Part shown: positions 60,568 through 64,000 of the stretch, one piece after another
Layout of the letters: each line of letters opens with the position of its first letter
Numbering within the stretch: the stretch's first letter is position 1
Assembly: GCA_036679605.1 (NCBI GenBank)
Contig: JAZDCZ010000085.1
Span: 32,001 to 96,000, forward strand
DNA: 64,000 nucleotides
Direction of reading: 5' to 3'
From: Gemmatimonadota bacterium
GTDB taxonomy: Bacteria; Gemmatimonadota; Gemmatimonadetes; Gemmatimonadales; GWC2-71-9
The notes under the pieces: model-generated
What the model saw: the letters and a program-made list of their open reading frames with translations, nothing else
Database searches by the model: none
Told to the model about the DNA's origin: nothing
Program-made: the position numbers and the translations under genes

Positions 60568-60840
60568 TTCGAGACCCAGCTCGAGGTACTGGCGTCGTAG
60601 ATCCCAGTGCCACGCCTCTACTCTCGCTTCGGTTCTGGGATGCTTGAGTGGTTTGCGCTGTAGCCACTCGGGAGACATGCCAATTTGGGATCCGGCCTCA
60701 AGCAACAGTTCCCGATTTGAGGATACAAGATGTGCCATGGGTTCGCCGCGATACACGAATCGGTGGAGCCAGAGCCCACCGTCTAGCGCATGTATCATCC
60801 CGTCCCGCCTGCGATCGAATGTGCGCCAGGAGCCGCTCAA
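60553..60840 (-). CDS. Small hypothetical protein (DUF4031-like)
   Basis: MAHLVS...ELL..G..IG...WLQ...HWDL pattern; coupled to the pilin stop. Confidence 0.6.
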   Translation of the reverse strand: MSGSWRTFDRRRDGMIHALDGGLWLHRFVYRGEPMAHLVSSNRELLLEAGSQIGMSPEWLQRKPLKHPRTEARVEAWHWDLRRQYLELGLELASP

Positions 60841-61229
60841 CTACACTCCACTGTTCCCTCCGACACAGCGGTACCCAGAGGCGCTGCGTCGCCTATGAAC
60901 ACGTAACATTCCACCAGGAAGGCGTTGTGTTTCGCTGTAGCAGACCAGCCTAGGATGGTGGCCTCGGTCACCTCCACCGTGATATCGGTACTCGTTGCGA
61001 ACCCGGCTGTCTTGAGCGTCGCGACGTCGTCCGTATAAGTAGCACGATCGAAGTAATAGGACTCTTCATGCATGCCAAAGGTGCGCAGATCGCTTCTCAT
61101 GGCAGCCACCCACGCTCTCTCCTTGAACCCCCGGAGTTTGGGCACGACGATCGTCGCAAGCAGTCCGATGACCGTGACGACCACCACTAATTCTACGAGC
61201 GTAAACCCCTTGCGACTAGACAAGCGCAT
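60837..61229 (-). CDS. Type IV pilin-like protein
   Basis: Prepilin cleavage motif RKG|FTLVELVVVVTVIGLLATIVVP. Confidence 0.9.
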   Translation of the reverse strand: MRLSSRKGFTLVELVVVVTVIGLLATIVVPKLRGFKERAWVAAMRSDLRTFGMHEESYYFDRATYTDDVATLKTAGFATSTDITVEVTEATILGWSATAKHNAFLVECYVFIGDAAPLGTAVSEGTVECS

Positions 61230-61274
61230 TTGCTAGAAAAGCCTCCAACGATCCATTAGCCATATAAACCCGAT

Positions 61275-64000
61275 TTAGTTCTTCGCGTCAAGCCAGTTGC
61301 TCCCAATACCGATCTCCGCAACTAGTGGAACGCTGAGTTGGCCCGCTCTTTCCATTTGAGACCGCACCATCTCCGGAACTTCGTCGATTTCGCTAACGGG
61401 CACCTCCAATACGAGTTCATCGTGAACCTGTAGCAGCATCGTGGCTCGTAGCTCCTCCTCCTTCAATTGGCGTGCCAGGTTGATCATGGCGATCTTGATC
61501 AAATCTGCCGCCGAGCCTTGCATGGGGGAATTCATCGCAGTGCGTTCCCCGAAAGCTCTGACGTTATGGTTGGGGTCTCGGAGTTCCGGTATGTAACGTC
61601 TTCGTCCAAATATGGTTTCCACGTACCCCTGAGTTCGAGCCTGATCGACGGTATCATCCAAGAATTTTCTTACTCCCGCAAAGCGTTCGAAGTAAAGTCG
61701 AATAAAGTCCTTCGCTTCTTCCTGAGTTATGTCGAGCTGGCGCGCGAGTGCAAAGGCTCCCTGTCCATAGATCGTCGCGAAGTTTATTGTCTTGGCCCGG
61801 GCCCTCATATCCTGCGTAACGTCCTCCACCGGCACGTCAAAAACAACTGCTGCCGTCTCGCGATGGATATCCTCCCCACTTGCAAACGCCGCGATAAACC
61901 TTGAATCCTGCGACAAGTGGGCCAGCACTCTCAGTTCAATCTGCGAATAATCGGCCACCACAAAACGATACCCCTCCGAAGGAACAAAACATTCGCGTAT
62001 TAATTCTCCGCGTGAGGTTCGCACCGGAATATTCTGGAGATTCGGATTAGATGACGAAAGACGTCCCGTAGTGGCGCCGGTCTGATTGAAGCTGGTGTGC
62101 ACGCGCTTGGTAAGCGGGTCGACACTCTCAGGTAAGACATCTACATATGTGGACTTCAGTTTGCTCAATTCCCTGTAACTGAGCAGTAATTGCGGAACCT
62201 CAAACCCCATTCCGGTAAGCTGCGCCAACACTGCTGCGTCAGTCGAAGCTCCGGTCTTGGTCTTCTTGATCACCGGCAGTTGTAGCTTCTCAAAAAGCAC
62301 GTGCCGAAGTTGCTGTGTACTGTTAATGTTGAATTCGGTACCGGCTTGTTCGTAAATAGCTCTTTCGATTCGAGATAATTCGGCACCAAATTCACCCGAG
62401 AGCTGTGCTAAACGAGCCACATCAATTGCGATACCGCACCACTCCATATTTGCCAGCACTTCGATCAACGGAATCTCGATCGAGTCTAGCAATGACTTGG
62501 CGCCGACCCTATTAAGCCGTTGTTCAAAGTGCTTATGGAGACGCAAGGAAGCGCTGGCAGCTGCACAACAGACGGCAGCGGCATCTTCCAAGGCGGTTTC
62601 CGAAAATGGTGGCGGCCGCCCCTTTGCCTTACCTCCAGATCGGCGCTCTGGCAACTCCGTGTCGAGGAACTCCCGCGCCAATACATCCAATGCGTGGGAT
62701 CGTCGTCCCGGATCGAGCACGAAGCTCTCGAGCATTGAATCGTGGGCCACTCCATTGAGCGTGACTCCGGCACTGCGCAGATTGTGCCAACTCCGTTTCA
62801 GGTCGTGTCCTGTTTTCGCCACCGTAGCATCTTCCAGCAACTCAGCTAGGGGTCGCATTGCTAAAGCATTCAATTGCGGAAGATTGCCCGAATAATCGCC
62901 AACTCCGAGTTCTCCTTGCGCTTGGCCGTGCGAGAACGGGAAATATCTGGCAGGTCCTGCCGGTACCGCGATTGCCAACCCCACCAACGGCCCTCGCAGA
63001 GTCCCGCCACTATCAGAGCGTGCTTCGACACACAGCAGTTCAGCCCTGCGCAAGGCAGCAATTATCTCCGGGAGTTCGGTAGGTGAACGAACCAACTCAT
63101 AGGTCACGACGTCGGTCACAGTGGGCGTCGCCGAAGCAGATTCGATTTTCTTGATTAGTGAACTAAACTCGAGTTCAGAGTAGAGCCGGAGCAGGGACTC
63201 GTCGTTCGGCTGGTGTACTCTCAACTCCTCCGTACTCAGGTCCAGGGGTACGTCACGGCAGATTGTAACGAGTTCCCGACTCAACCTCGCCTCTTCTTCA
63301 TGGGCCAACAGAGCCTCTCGTGCGCGCTTTCCCTTTACTTCTTCTGCATGTGCTAGGATCGAGTCCAGGTCTCCATAGGTATCTATCAATGCTCTGGCCG
63401 TCTTATCGCCGATGCCTTTGACTCCTGGAATGTTATCGGACGAGTCTCCTACCATGGCCAGATAGTCCACCACACGCTCGGGTGATACACCCAACCGCAA
63501 CGGGGCGTTCTCGAGGTCGATCAACTGTTCACTAACCGGAGATGGACCTCCGCGTCCGGGGTTCAAGATTAGTACGTCCTCGGATATCAGTTGATAGAAG
63601 TCCTTATCACCCGACACGATTACCGCCTGGAGGTTCTGATCTACCGCCCGAGCGGCGAGAGTGCCTATAACATCGTCTGCTTCATAACCCTTTACTTCGA
63701 CCAAAACGATGTTGAACGCCTTGAGCAATTCTTCAATTCGTTCGATGGACCGATCGAAATCTTCCTGTAACTCATCATCGAGTTTTTGCCTGGTTGCTTT
63801 GTATTCGGGATACTTCTCGGTTCGAAAGGAGGAGCCCGCATCATGTACCCATGCCACGTATGTGGGATCATGCTGCTGGAAAAGACGGTGAAGAAAACTT
63901 GCTACACCCCAGACTGCCGAAGTGTTTTCACCGCGGCTGGTACGCAGTGGCCGACTGATCATGGCGAAGAACGCTCTATAGATCAGCGCATAACCGTCTA
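61275..64000 (-). CDS. polA: DNA polymerase I (5' end beyond the window)
   Basis: The frame stays open to the window end (DGYALIYRAFFAM). Motifs EADD, GDSSDNIPGV, TGRLSS, DYSQIELR and QVHDELV. Confidence 0.97.
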   Translation of the reverse strand, partial: DGYALIYRAFFAMISRPLRTSRGENTSAVWGVASFLHRLFQQHDPTYVAWVHDAGSSFRTEKYPEYKATRQKLDDELQEDFDRSIERIEELLKAFNIVLVEVKGYEADDVIGTLAARAVDQNLQAVIVSGDKDFYQLISEDVLILNPGRGGPSPVSEQLIDLENAPLRLGVSPERVVDYLAMVGDSSDNIPGVKGIGDKTARALIDTYGDLDSILAHAEEVKGKRAREALLAHEEEARLSRELVTICRDVPLDLSTEELRVHQPNDESLLRLYSELEFSSLIKKIESASATPTVTDVVTYELVRSPTELPEIIAALRRAELLCVEARSDSGGTLRGPLVGLAIAVPAGPARYFPFSHGQAQGELGVGDYSGNLPQLNALAMRPLAELLEDATVAKTGHDLKRSWHNLRSAGVTLNGVAHDSMLESFVLDPGRRSHALDVLAREFLDTELPERRSGGKAKGRPPPFSETALEDAAAVCCAAASASLRLHKHFEQRLNRVGAKSLLDSIEIPLIEVLANMEWCGIAIDVARLAQLSGEFGAELSRIERAIYEQAGTEFNINSTQQLRHVLFEKLQLPVIKKTKTGASTDAAVLAQLTGMGFEVPQLLLSYRELSKLKSTYVDVLPESVDPLTKRVHTSFNQTGATTGRLSSSNPNLQNIPVRTSRGELIRECFVPSEGYRFVVADYSQIELRVLAHLSQDSRFIAAFASGEDIHRETAAVVFDVPVEDVTQDMRARAKTINFATIYGQGAFALARQLDITQEEAKDFIRLYFERFAGVRKFLDDTVDQARTQGYVETIFGRRRYIPELRDPNHNVRAFGERTAMNSPMQGSAADLIKIAMINLARQLKEEELRATMLLQVHDELVLEVPVSEIDEVPEMVRSQMERAGQLSVPLVAEIGIGSNWLDAKN

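Noticed and set aside
62500..63060. Degenerate 3'-5' exonuclease motifs in PolA
   Set aside because: Loss of proofreading residues is common in bacterial Pol I and is not novel.

Overview
A gene-dense bacterial chromosome segment with about 55 CDSs, mostly housekeeping genes. The gene repertoire (OmpA with TSP3 repeats, M14/M28 peptidases, Hanks kinase, 6-bladed propeller remnant, fused E1 dehydrogenase) resembles Gemmatimonadota, but this taxonomy is inference. It probably lies near the origin: mnmG, a perfect parS palindrome, then parA-parB-M23 peptidase-bactofilin. Other blocks are a full sufR-B-C-D-S-U-Rieske operon, a TPP riboswitch with thiC, fadI-fadJ-proline dehydrogenase-rsgA, lon, glpD, queG, rnd, an MMPL transporter, a type IV pilin and a 5'-truncated polA. 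I saw no rRNA, tRNA, CRISPR array or transposase. Several signals are missing from the ORF track: (1) an Rdx/SelW-family CxxU selenoprotein gene (1247-1477, minus strand) with an in-frame UGA and a SECIS-like hairpin, directly upstream of pfkA; (2) a sigma54-type promoter with paired TGYCA-N3-TGRCA boxes upstream of lon; (3) palindromic operators in front of the TrmB, TetR and SufR genes; (4) an IHF consensus site between parS and parA; (5) a (GGGGGC)n G-quadruplex/SSR tract abutting the MMPL start codon. All coordinates and motifs were read by eye and no database searches were run.
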